A stretch of DNA of 64,000 nt from Klebsormidium nitens. Lineage: Eukaryota; Plantae; Klebsormidiophyceae. The position numbers and the translations under genes were made by a program. Location of the stretch: NCBI GenBank assembly GCA_000708835.1, contig DF236957.1, positions 124,001-188,000 on the forward strand, in the 5' to 3' direction. This document shows positions 38,096 through 50,273 of this stretch, piece after piece. The notes under the pieces are model-generated. The model made no database searches. It was not told where the DNA came from and worked only from the letters and a program-made list of their open reading frames with translations. Numbering within the stretch: position 1 is the first letter of the stretch; the number at the start of each line of letters is the position of its first letter.

Positions 38096-39377
38096 ATGGC
38101 GGAGTCCCTTGAGAGCAGCCCCTTTGATGTGCTCGATTTTGAGCTTCTGGATTGCATCTTGCAGAAAGCTCTGGCAGAAAGCGGATCTAGATGGCAGGAG
38201 TTGGCACAGGTGAACAAACTGTTCAGGGAGTCTACATATCGCTGCAGCAATACACTGGTGGTTCGCAGCTCCAGGGAAGAAAGCACTAGAGCAGCAGGAC
38301 AGGCAGCAGATGTTGCAACAGTGTCTGGTGACCAAGGCGATGCAGAAGTGGAAACGCTTCTCAAGGACGTCAGCTTGAGACCGGGGCTCTCAAAGCTGGT
38401 GATAGAGGATGGAGCAGCGAAAGACCTCTGGCCAGCTCTCACCTGTCTCCCTTGGACCAGCGTGGCTTTCCATCCAAGTGACATCTTGGAGGCTTTTGTG
38501 TTCCTTTCCGGATGCCAATCTTTCTCTGAAAAGGCTAGACCTGACGCTGAAAGAGTATCTCCAGCGGGAGTTGTGTAACGACACTAAGCGCATCGTGACA
38601 GACTTCCCTCACTTGGAAAGTCTGACACTTGGCATTCGCGAAGGACCGAGCTACTCAGATCAACGTCCCCAGGAAGCGGATGTGGGTGTAGCGAACAGCC
38701 TTAGCGAGCTGAAGTTTTCCCGCTCCTTCTTTTCCAACTGGTGGGGAGGTTTTGAGGCCCTGTCAACTTGCCTCACGGCCCTCGAGAGTCTCAGCTTCCA
38801 GTGCTACGACCCGCGTCTAAGGCCGCCTCCTCCTGACATGAAAAGCTTTTGTTCCAAGTTTCAGCATCTTCGAAGGATCCATCTGGATGTGTGGACCTCC
38901 AATCCGCCACAGCTGCTGCTTGAAAGCCTGACAGAGCACTGTTGCCAACTGCGGGACATTCAACTATATATTCGTCCAGAACATTTTGAAAATCGTACGC
39001 AACGGGGAGAAATGCTTCGGATCTCAACGCTTGTTTTGAACTGTCCGAATCTGGAGCGGCTTGTCATCAGTTGCCGGGTGGAGTTAAATATCCAGACATG
39101 CGCAGACCTTGTCCATCAGATTGGACTAGCAGCAAAAAGGGACACGGTGCATTGGATATTTCGGAAGACACTCGAGACGAGAATTATCATTCTCAGAGAC
39201 AGCACCGCGGAAGCAGAGTCTTGCTTATTGGAGGAGTTTGCAGAGTTCCGCTGTATCATTCCGCTATTCTCGCCCTGGTGCTGGATGCGTCGGAACGATC
39301 CCCGTTTCAATGACTGCTTGTTAGGCAAGGAAGCAGATGTTGAAAGCTGGTGCAACTTATTTTTGAACGGTGCCTGA
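38096..39377 (+). CDS. Intronless F-box-like / LRR-like protein with an apparent +1 frameshift at ~38521-38523 (possible pseudogene or assembly error)
   Basis: ORF 38096-38578 starts with an F-box-like motif (SPFDVLDFELLDCILQKAL...WQELAQVNKLFR). The overlapping +1 ORF carries FBXL-type repeats (LKRLDLTL, FPHLESLTL, LTALESLSF, CPNLERLVI). Removing one T from CAATCTTTCTCTG fuses them (...GCQSSLKRLDL...). Confidence 0.6.
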
Positions 39378-41120
39378 TTGTACTATTGAACGCTGCTTTT
39401 GGCAGAATGGACCATATCAATATATAGTAAGCTGTTTCACTGGTACGGTATGTAGAGAAAGGTCCCGCCGGTGCCTCGGTTGCAGAAGCTCGGGTTAGTG
39501 GTGAGAGGGCTATTCTTGTAGAGGTAGACTGGCCCGTGGAAGTTGAATGTGTTCTAAATCTGCCAATCAAAGATAAGCGTTTCTGAATGACTCCTCTCGG
39601 CAGCTACTAGTCTGCACGGAAGAGTAGACAGTAATGGCATATCAAAAACCGCGTCAATGCATATGCAGTCAGTACGTGAGGCGTTTTAAAGGTGTCGGAT
39701 CGATTAAACAGCTCCAAATGAGAGCGACTCTCATCATGTGCACATGCGAGCTTTAATGCAAACGTACTAACCTCCGACATTCTCGAGTCCAGTTGACCAT
39801 TGAAGGTCCAATGTGCAGCCTCGTCTGACCTTACATCGGTATCTTATGCAGTTGCGAGTATGGTCCATTCATAACGTTCAACCGGCGGCAGAAACCCTAT
39901 TATGCAATCCACTTGTCGCTAGTTAGCCACAGTAGCACGTGGAATCATCATGGGCCTGGCCGCCGGGCGACGCACTGAAGCTGAGCTGCCGGCCAGCTTC
40001 GCCTCATTCGCATCTCAATGGCCACTAACGTCTACCATATGATGTACGGATGCCGTGCGGCCAGCTCGTGATCGTCACCTCCGGCAGGCATACTGATATA
40101 CCGTTTTTCATACTTGAATAGGACGGTCATGCACTGACTCTGATGATTGCTTCGCATTCATGAGAGGTGCATGCCAAATTCAGCTAGTTTAATCGCAACT
40201 TCTGCACCACGATTCAGGCGCCTCTCCGGACGTAGTAGTCCATTGAACTCTCTGCAGTTACTATAGAGTCAGTCAGTGACCAGCCGGGCAGCATGATCGA
40301 GTTAGACTCAACTCTATGCATCATGCATGGACTACCGGGCCAATCTAATGTTCAACTTGAAAGAGCCGGCAAAGTCAATCTGTAGCATGAGGATCAAACT
40401 CAGATCATTCAAGCACATCTGGGACCGTCCTCGCACGAAACCAACCAAGTATATGCCCATGGATATGAAGTTGCAAACTTGAAATGACTTAAGCGGCACA
40501 ACGCTAGGTCTCTCTGCCATCGACCTGCATGAGATTCTCACATCTTTTTTCGGATTGTAAGGCTCCCCCAGAGGTCCCCGTAGCATTGAGATCAATTCAA
40601 AGAAAGCTTGGCCTGTACGGCAAGCGTTGCGGATCCGTTCTCGAAACGAGTCTGCCGGGCTTTCGCTATCGCTGCTCGACATCTCAAGGGACTCTGCTTC
40701 CGACCAAGCGTTTCGACTGCACGTCTTCTGCTTCCAACTTTCTACCTCGCTGCGTACTCTCAACCCACGCCAGCACTCGACGAATCGCTTCTTCCTTGTT
40801 GAAAATCCTGCAGCAAGGTCAACATCTCTTCACTCTAAGTGACTGATACCAAGAACGAGCAAATGGAGTTCGAAGGAGAGGGTGCCCGACAGGAAACGCA
40901 CATCCGGACCTGAAAGCAGGGTCATGAGCGAAAACAAGCGAACGCAAATCAGTCAACGATCATTTAGAAACTCGAAGCTTCGTAGGGGTTACGATGCGGT
41001 GGTGCGGAGATGAGCGTTTTGAGCGGATCCTTGAGATGAGAAAAAGATGCTCGAAGCAGACGGAAACGACGACAAATTCAAAAGAGCGAAACCGGGAACG
41101 GGACGTGCACGGTGACGTGG

Positions 41121-44100
41121 CTACAGCAAAACCCTTGTTGGCGCATCCACTGAGCTGCTGATCCATTCCAAAAAGACTTGGTGCGACCCGGGCGGACGGT
41201 TCCTTTAGCAACAGGAACGGATTACAGCAAACAGAGGAACGGAAGCGTCTCGATTCCGAGTGCTCCTGCGACGTCCTCAACGATACGATTGGGACACCTA
41301 CGTCACCAACGTTGGCATTGCGGCAGCAACCGCGAAACAGGCAATCCAAGGATGCATTAGATTGATCTGACACAAACTGTTTGAAGCCTTCCTCGCGGAG
41401 CCACTCGTGGGCAACTTTTGCTGAGAATCCGATTCACGAAGATTGTATTCAAGCCGACGCCTTTGAGCTTGTGAAGCAAAAGATCCTCGATTGAACGCAA
41501 GAACCACCGCCACGTCCATCGAAAGCAGCAACGATTCTTGGGACAATTTGGAGTCTCGATCAACCAGAAGCCCACCCAAGAGTGGAAGACTGAACGGTGA
41601 AGTACAGAAGACCGCAATCGACTCACTTTCTTTCGCTCTTGTACGTTTTCAACTCGCGCTCTTGCTCCCTGCTCAGCCAGCTGTCGGGAATCAGTCCCTT
41701 CATCGCGTCGAGACTGCTGCTTTCGGCGGCCAGCTCCGTACTGACTCTATCCGCGAGCTCGGCCGTCGATCTCGAGGCGTCGAGCCACAGGAAAGAGCCC
41801 TCGGAGCGGAACCACGTCAGCTGGCGCTTCGCGTACCTCCTGCGAGCGGAAAAGGAGCGGAATGAGCGCGGAATGAGGGCGGAATGAGGAGGCAGATGGG
41901 GCGGAAGACGAAGTAAGCAAGCGGAATGAGCATCTAGACGCCTTGAGAGGAGTCAAGATGTATGGATTTCCAAAGGACTGGAAGTGTGAAGAAGGTGACA
42001 AGCACACAAAGGGATAAAATTAGGACAGAGGGGGACGTAGTGACAACATGGAGCGGCGGGCGTTTGGTGGTGCAAAGAGGTAGAACCGGTGTTTTGAGAA
42101 AGGTTTAGCGTTTGCGAAAGGGACACTCTAGCGGGTTCGCAGCACGAAAGAAAAACAAATATCTGGATAACCTAGAGCCGATCGTATCCCGTTCACAAGA
42201 GCCCCAAGTAAATCACAGCTTTCCCCGCACCCTTACCGCGACGCCTGCTGAATCTCGTCCAGGAATCGCAGGAACCGCTCCCTGCCGCCCCCCTCTCCCT
42301 TTCGGCACTCCTCCAGATACTCCAGCGCCTGCCGATACCCTATGGCCCGCGACGGCATGCACGTGTCCGCGCGTATGCCCGTGTCCAAAAGCTGCGACGC
42401 CTCCTCTAAAAGTCCGCCCTTCACCATCTGCTCGCACCTCTCGTCGATTTTCCTATAGAGTTCCCGCCGGGGGCCGAACAGGAAGTAGCACCGGAAGTCG
42501 TAGTCGAGCTCGCGGCCGCTCGGGGCGGGGGTTTTGGGGTTTTGGGTTAGCGACGCTACTGGGTTTCCGGGGGTTTGCGCGGAAGGGGTTTGGGTTACCG
42601 AGGCTACCAGGGTTTCGTTCTCGGAGGGGTTTTCGGGAGTTTGTGTGGAAGGGGTTTGGGTTAGCGAGGTCGCAAGAGTTTCGTCGTCGGAGGGGGTTTC
42701 GTTTAGAGGGCTTACTGGGCCGTCTTCGGGTGAATCTTGCGCGTGAAAGCTTGCAGAAGACGTGGAGGCAGACAAAAAGGGTTCTGAGGGATGACTTTGA
42801 AGGGAGGTGCTTCCGTTTTGGGGCTCATCTGCCGTTGGATTCTTGGGATCTGGGATGTCGAGGTTTGCGTTCTCGTTTCTGTCATGACCAGAAGCACCTG
42901 TTGATGCAAATAAATAGAAAGCACACGTCAAAGCAGTCTTTGCAAGAGGTTTCAATCTGGAAGGCCGTTTCTGGCGTTTGAGCGGCATGCTGGCTTTCAA
43001 CGCAGATGGATGAGTCCATAAGTTCAGAGTCTTCATCCAGGTCGCCCAAGATTCGTAAGGCTCTAGGATGAGTCTGACACAACAGCTTGTCTGGACCTCC
43101 TTTGTACATCGAAATTGCTCCAGGGTTCAAGCAGATGGAGCTCTTTCTGTAGTTCAGCGAGAGACAAGCAGTAGTACCAGTACCAGATTTTGGATCATGC
43201 CCCAGCGTTTCAGAATAAAGTCCACACCCTGGAAGGATCGGATACGTACCCTTTAAATCTGGCTCCGAATCCGTGATGCCATTAGACGGTACCACCCCAG
43301 CGCGCTTCCGCTTCGCCTTCTTGGACGGCGGCTGGTGCGGCGCCTTGACGAAGTTGAGCTGGAACTCGGACCTGGGCTTCCCGGACGCCTGCAGACGTCA
43401 GCAGGATTGAGTCTGGGTGGGACCTCACACGACGTAAGCAGAGAGTTCGTGAGTGCCCTCAGTCTTTGCATTGCTCATGCGGCGTTTTGACGACTCTGAG
43501 CTGGAGTCTGGACCTGGGCTTCCCCGGACGCCTGCCGGAAAGACGTGGGCGAACGTCAGCAGGACGTCATTCAATCAGGGCGTGACGTCATGCAAACAGA
43601 GTGATTGTGGTTGCTTTGGTCGGCTCAGCAGGAGGGTTCAGGCAGCGCCAGTAGCCCTGAATAATTAGTGAGTGCAGAGTTTGAGTGGAGAGCATCCACC
43701 AAGAAAGAAAACCAAAAGTCACCTGAAGAATTGCAACTAGCTGCCTCAGCCGCCAAAACATCGAAGAGAGAAGAAAATCGAAGAGAGAGCTGAGCACTTG
43801 CTTTGCCAAGGAGAGATACGTTTTTTCTCGCCAGGCGAAGCGAGATGCAGCGCTCTCCTCCCTCAAGGACTCCAGACCGATGATGAACATTGGATGCAGG
43901 CTGTACGAATGGAAGTCAAAGAACGATCACAAACCCCTCACTTGGGGTCCTTCGAGCACACGCCTCATTGCGGAACAACGATAAATCAAAGAGCTGGCCA
44001 GCGGAAAAACGAAAAAGAATAAGTACTCCGGTCTCACCAGGACAATTTCGAGCGCGCGCCTCATTCTATACCAGTCGTTGGGCGCCAGTTCCGCCCCCGT

Positions 44101-47100
44101 CTGCGGATCGCCGGATTCTGTCAGGTACGCGACGGCCGCTTGCCAGCCGTCCGATTGTTGCTGAAACACTTGAATTCTGGTCTCAATTTCGGCGACCAGC
44201 TCGGGGGAGGCCTTTGGCGTCTCGGGCGTGCCGTGGATAAACCTGCAGGGTTTGTAGTGGTCCCTTAATCAGGGTTGAACATCTTACATGGACGTTCATT
44301 TTGATCATGACCAAAATGGCGTCACTTGATGGTGAGTTGCAAAATGAATCGAAAAAAGCCGCCTTCATTCTGCCACAACTTCTGACTCAAGGATCTTTTT
44401 GCGACGAAACGAAAGGCGCCGAAAAGACGCTTTGATGGAGAAGAACGGAAACGGCTACCAAAGCCTCTCCGAATTCCTCGACCAAGCTGTCCAAGCAGAA
44501 ACTTGCGACTGTGCTTCGCTTTGTTCCAAGCATAATGACCAGTTTTCTGACTATGTTGTTGCTTCTGAAACATATGTACCCAATGAAGGTCCTGAAAAAG
44601 CCAAAATAGAGACTGAAGTTCGAGCTTAGTACAACATTTTGGTGGTGAGCGGTCCTTCCGGCGCTCATGTCGAGGAGAGTGCAAAAAGTCCGCTCCATTA
44701 TGTACACTAGCAGTGTGAGAGCACCCACTGAAGGTTCCGTACATCGCAACAAGAAAGATGTATTTGGGCTTCGTAATCCTCGTCAAAGTTCCCAGAAGGT
44801 CGCAAGCTTTCTGCTCAATCAACATCGTTAGACGTTGTTCGTAACTGCCCTTTCCCTTGGGCGAGGTATCTCCACTTGAAAGCGGGTCGCAGCAAGCAAG
44901 CCGTTGTATCTCACTCGTCAGGATCCACCTTGCGGGAATACTTTCTGCTACTCTTAATCGAAGCAACAGCTATGCACATCATTATGTCGACTCTCACATA
45001 AAGCAGGAAGATAAAGGAACTCAATTGAAAGCCCTGGGTGCACCGAAAGGAGCCTTCACACTCCCCTTATTTCTTTTTGTCGTGGAGAATGGCGACGAAA
45101 GGAAGGAATGGGGATGCGGAGTGGTTCATGAGGGGTTGAAGAAGCTTGGAAAACAGCTTCGAAGATCCCGAGCGATGACCCAGTTGAGAGCCCGGCTCTC
45201 AGTGGCATGCATGTCGTCATAGCCTGATGCAATCATGTCATATCTAAAAACAGAGTAGGAGGTGAAAGCGCTCCCGAATCTCACCGCACAAAGCGTGCTT
45301 CATGTGGTAACAATGGCTTAGGATCAAAAAGAACGTCCAGAAGTATAATTCTGGTCTGTGGGTCCTAACAAGAGAACCGGTCGAAGCATGGACCTCTGAA
45401 GCGGGCATCCAGTAAGATGAGCAGATTCGAAGACAAGGACCCGACATTGAAACGGCCGAAAGACCGAGTGTCAGATTCGACTTTCGGTACGAACCAAAAT
45501 TCTCAACGTTGCAAGGAACGAAGGCAAGCTTGGAACAAGACACACTCACTAGCTTCAGCCAAGGACTAATTCAAGAGGAAGGACCTGAAAAACAGCTACT
45601 TTCTACATTAGCGGACTTGGCTCCGCAAGAACCGTTCGCACTACTGCTGGAAAAGTCCTCTACAGGACTAAGTACTGTCTGTTTTTCCGTTGAGTAGATC
45701 AGAGTTCTAGCTGAGCAGACTCTTCAGGCATCCCATCCAGCGCTTTTGCTAGAGAAGACCTTCTAACATTGGGGAACTAGAAAGAAACTCTTGACTCATA
45801 AAATTCATTGCCAGCAAAGAAGGCACAGTGGCCGGCGTATCGAGCAGCCCTGACGTCGACGAGTCGAACACGCCAGCCGAGACACTGATCAATAGTCATG
45901 CTAGTTTCCTGACGATGAAAGAAAGGTTTCACACAAGAAGAAGCAAAGAGGCGTTAAAGACGCGCCAGCTTTGAAAGACAAGTAGAGGCCCCTGCAGCAG
46001 TTGGCTAGAAACGAGTAGCAGGTGGAGCAACGACACATTGAAGAGATAGGCTTTTGTGCAACGGGATATACTTTCAGCATAGGACACCGCACCATTGAAC
46101 CAGACTTTGATCAAGCCCAATTGAAGGGCCTGTGTGACGCAAGCAGATACCCAGTTTAACCACTAACTAAGCGCCCTAATTTAAAAGCAGCTCACCTTCC
46201 CCTTATCCAAAGTCTTCCTAGCATTCGCCGAGCTGCGCCCCACCGCCCGCTTACCCAACCAATAAGAAACTTATGTAAATGTAAGTCCAACCAACAAGAA
46301 ATTCTGTACATGTCAAGTAACATACGCCACACCAGAGGTCGGACACAAGAAGGGTCAACTTAACCCTGGCTCATTAGCGGCTGTCAGAACCCCGTTGCCA
46401 AGGAGACCACCGAAAAAACTCGTCACAACACCGTGGTGATTTACCAGGTCTACCATAACTCGACTAACCCGGTTCTCAAACCCAGCTAGGAAGCAATTTC
46501 AGCGGCTGATTGGCCTAAGTGAAGCCTTGTCCTACAAAGAGCGGCCCCTTCCGACACGCCGATCGTCCTCAATGACCGCTGGCGCATCCTGACCTGCCCG
46601 TGACCAGACCCTAACCGAGCATGGTAGCAAAAACTTACCATCGCAGGTAAAGCCCCGTTCCTCCAACGACCATCGGGAGCTTTCCTAACGCCAGTACCTC
46701 CTCAGTGGCTGAATTGCCCTTAACCAGACCCAAAGCAAGCTCGGTTAGCAACAGGTTAGCCCCAAGACTTACCATCACAGGTATAAGTCGGTTTCGCCAA
46801 CCACCACCGGGAGCTTTCTTAGTGCCAGTACTTCCTCAGTGGCTGCACTTGCATCACGGCCTGCCCTTAACCAGACCTTAACCAAGGTTGGTTAGCATCG
46901 AGTTAGCCCCAAAACTTACCATCGCAGGTGGAACCCATTTCCGCCAACCACCACCGGGAGCTTTTCCCGCGCCAGTACTTCCTCAGTGGCTGCTCTTGCA
47001 TCCTAACCAGCCCTTAATCGGAGTCTAACTAAACGTGGTTAGAAACAGGTTTGTCCTACTTACCATCGCAGGTATAACCCAGTTCCGCCAACGACCACCG

Positions 47101-48547
47101 GGAGCTTTCCCCGCGCCAGTACTTCCTCGGTGGCTCTCCTCGCATCCTGGTAGAAGTCTCCGGCCGTGTACTCTTCGCTTGGCTCCTTGATGTCGAGCAA
47201 ATGGTGGGGGATCCCCCCGCGCTCGGAGGTGGGGGTCTTGGCGCTCCCGACGTCCAAGCCTCGGTAGACCTGTGGAGTGGAAAGAGTTCGAAACTCTGAT
47301 AGAGCACGGGGGGTTTCTTCCGTGCTTAGCATAGTAGAATAATAGTGAAACTCGGGCTTTTAAGAGTGCCAAATAGAGGCACACGAACTCAGAGAAGTAG
47401 GGGGAGCGTTCTGGGAGTGGTCAGAAGGGTCCTCAGCTTTGCTGACGAATACGTCTTGGACTGGCTTATTAGAGTCTGTGCCTGAGCCTTCTCAAGATCA
47501 CATAAGTCAGGAACTATGGTTTACAGATATCTCCCCGAAGCTGGGATTCAGACATAGTGCCCCATATTAAGACCTTTAGAAGGCCTGCAATTCTTGAAAT
47601 AGCTGGCTCTTGCCGTCTATAAAAGTGATCTTCTGGTCTCCTCATTGCAAGGATGAAACTCTATGTCGCAGGATCAATGGGCAGAGCCAAGTGCCTGATA
47701 ATGGAATCCTTCCTAGCAAAAAGTAGCCACTCTGATTCAGCGACTTGGTACCATGAAAGACACACTCGGCGTTGCCAGATTGACCTTCCTGTACGTGATT
47801 AGCGGCTTACTGCTGCCCCAAATGCTTCTGACATGCACCCCACTCGCTGGCGGCCATCACATCTTTCTACTCAGGTGGCTGTTTTGACATGTGCGATTGC
47901 CCTGTTAGCTGTGACTACTATTCTAAGTCAACAGACATCCGGATTTGAAAAGGGTGGTGCATAGTTAGTGCCAGCGAACGTGTGCACTCTGCAATGATGA
48001 TGGAGACGGAATATAAGAGAACCATAAACAGACAACCTGGAAACTATCACCCCGTCCAGCTTTCATGATAGGTGGTGGTGTGATTTGATGAGTCCAAGCA
48101 CGTGCATCGGTGCATCTTCAGCACATGCTCACACAGCTTGTGCCGAGTTCCTAATTCCACCATCGCCTTCCTTCATTTCCCCAGACAACGAAGCAACGGG
48201 ACTCAGCATTGCAACCTTGAAAGGCACATACCAAACCCTAACTTCGGCCCCACCTGGACTGAGTCACAGCTGATGATCTCCCCTCCCAACCGCTGCGCCA
48301 ACTCCAGCGCCAGGGCAGACTTTCCAACTGCTGTGGGGCCTGAAATCACTAGCACTTTAGACTTTGCCACCGCTCTAGTTTGAGTGCCCCTCCTCACATC
48401 ACTTCTGCTGGTGCTCAAATCAGACGTGCCTGCAAGCTGCTGAAACATGACACACTTTCTGTAGTGGCGGCTCTGCCTAGGAGGACAATGGGTTTGCTTA
48501 AAGCCCTGGCAGGAGCTGCGGCGAAGGGCGCTCAGGATGGCTGACAT
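41121..48547 (-). CDS. miaA: tRNA dimethylallyltransferase (MiaA / plant IPT9 type) with an N-terminal transit-peptide-like extension
   Basis: Exons 48547-48254 (ISGPTAVGKS P-loop, EIISCDSVQ), 47269-47064 (VYRGLDVGSAK, PHHLLD, VVGGTGLYLRW), 44242-44038 (NDWYRMRRALE), 43388-43250, 42897-42237 (ELYRKIDERCEQM, RAIGYRQ) and from 41839 (RRYAKRQLTWFR), all in phase. The 3' end is uncertain; a candidate last exon with LEWI stops at 41121. Confidence 0.9.
43490..43545 (-). repeat. Intronic copy of the MiaA exon-4 acceptor
   Basis: GAGCTGGAGTCTGGACCTGGGCTTCCCCGGACGCCTGCC matches GAGCTGGAACTCGGACCTGGGCTTCCCGGACGCCTGCA at ~43357-43393. Confidence 0.75.
46630..47150 (-). repeat. Tandem array of four copies (134-147 bp period) of the MiaA exon-2 3' end plus GTAAG donor
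   Basis: CTTACCATC at 46634, 46768, 46915 and 47059 (true exon). Each is followed by CAGGT...CCA(C/T)CGGGAGCTTT...GCCAGTAC(C/T)TCCTC(A/G)GTGGCT. Confidence 0.9.
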
Positions 48548-50273
48548 TGCACGAAGCCTTCCAATCTCAAAGCACAATCTAGTCGATTTTGAACCTCGTA
48601 TATGTGAATGACAGCGCCTCCTAGCTCTCCTTGTGAAACGCTGCGTTGCTGAGCGGAGCTGGAGCAGAATCAAGGATATGATGCAGGGAGGCGCAAGACG
48701 GCTGGCAAGCGCGCGGCCCCGCTAAAGCGGCCGCGGCGCGGCGCCCCCTAGAAGCCCGGCCGTCCGATGAGGGTGGGGTTCAAAGATGGACGGTAGGCAT
48801 GGAAGACTGAGCAGACTGAGCGGCTCGTCATCATAAGCAGCGAACCAAGGCCGCATGTGGAGTTACCTGGTGACAACCCTGGGCCCGGGGCCTGAGTGCC
48901 CCATGCGAGCATTCAGATACCTACGCAATCAATTTCTTGGCTTCACATGACTCGATTTCAACGGCGGTTTTTCCCTGTAGAAGCAAGTCGGCAGCTCTCC
49001 GGCAGCTATTAGGCAGTAGAGCATTCGAGGAAAGCCGGGAAACTTGAAAAGGTCGAAGCTGAAATGCCCGCCGACTCAGCTAGCTGGTGCACGCTTTGAG
49101 TGGAAAGGCTGCCATCGAATTGCACTCTGGTACGGTCCCGGTACGGTCATTAAATCCGTCAGCACAGTTCGAATTCGCCTTGCTGAAAGGCAAAGCCACA
49201 ACATTGCACGCGAACGACAGGGCGCCACCGCAAGCCCACAAAACCTCTTGAAAATTCTCTTTTCAGTGCGCAACTGCCTCTGGAGGCGGATCGGGAAAAG
49301 TCTATGAGCTTGCACGCCCAATAGCGAAATACCTGCTAGAGAGACTCTCTCGAGGCGGCCCTGCCAAACTCGTATTCGATATTTACAGCATATGTGGCAC
49401 ACAAAGAAATCCGAAATCCCAGCAAAGTATTTGACACAGAAGTGTAAGCCAGAATCAACATTTAGAACTCGACCAATCTGATCAAAGGCAGGGCAAGCCA
49501 GAAGGGGCGGCTCTCAACCGCGCTGATTATAAGCCATGCAAGTTTAAATGATACGGCCTGTGTAGGAACTGAGCGGACAAGTCGTGGCTAAGAACCCCAA
49601 AACACTACGTGCATTCGAAGGCAGTATACTTTGTGATGCCGCCGGTCAGACAACACATGATCAAACGCGCTGTGATAGAATGATTTACACTCCCTGACAA
49701 ACACCATGGTTTTGACGATTTTTTGAACAGTAAGCTGTAGGCACACTGATTGAAAAAACTGGACTAGAAAGACGACTTGGACGGAATCGACACATAGAGG
49801 GACGCTTGAGTGCAAAATTGTTGTATTGTAGTCCTGGCATGCAACGGCTATTAACTCAACTTAGCTTATCGCGAACTGGCCACTGCGGCTGCGCGGCAGC
49901 TTAGATTCGACTCCTATGACTTGTGGACTAATCGTGACGTCCGAACATGGAAGCCCAGCTGCAGATTGGCTGCCCATTGGCTGTTGTAAGCGTCCCACAG
50001 GCTTCTTTGAGCGTTTGTATTCATTTAACACGCTTCTTTTGTCGCCGCTCTCATTTACGGACTTAGTAGCTCTGCACCTGTGTCGCGGCTGCATTCCTCA
50101 ACGAAAACGCAATATAACTTACGCGCAACATAACAAAAAGCCGCCTATCAATTACAAAACGACGGCACGCGTCTGATCTGGTATGAATATGATTGTTATA
50201 TATTCTCGCTCTCACACTGACCAGCCCAGAGACGCTTGAGCCTCAGAAGGGCGGCAATCGGATGGCCCATATC

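Noticed and set aside
40332-40763. 143-aa minus ORF between the F-box-like gene and MiaA
   Set aside because: Protein-like in part, but no start, partner exons or family could be supported.
42112-42981. 289-aa plus-strand ORF
   Set aside because: Antisense shadow of MiaA exon 5.
46630-47150. CRISPR-like array of ~140-bp units
   Set aside because: The units are degenerate copies of an exon end and donor site, without constant repeats or unique spacers, in a eukaryotic intron with no cas genes.
49044-49815. Short ORFs between MiaA and PAP as a possible transposase relic
   Set aside because: No catalytic motif, TIR or TSD identified.
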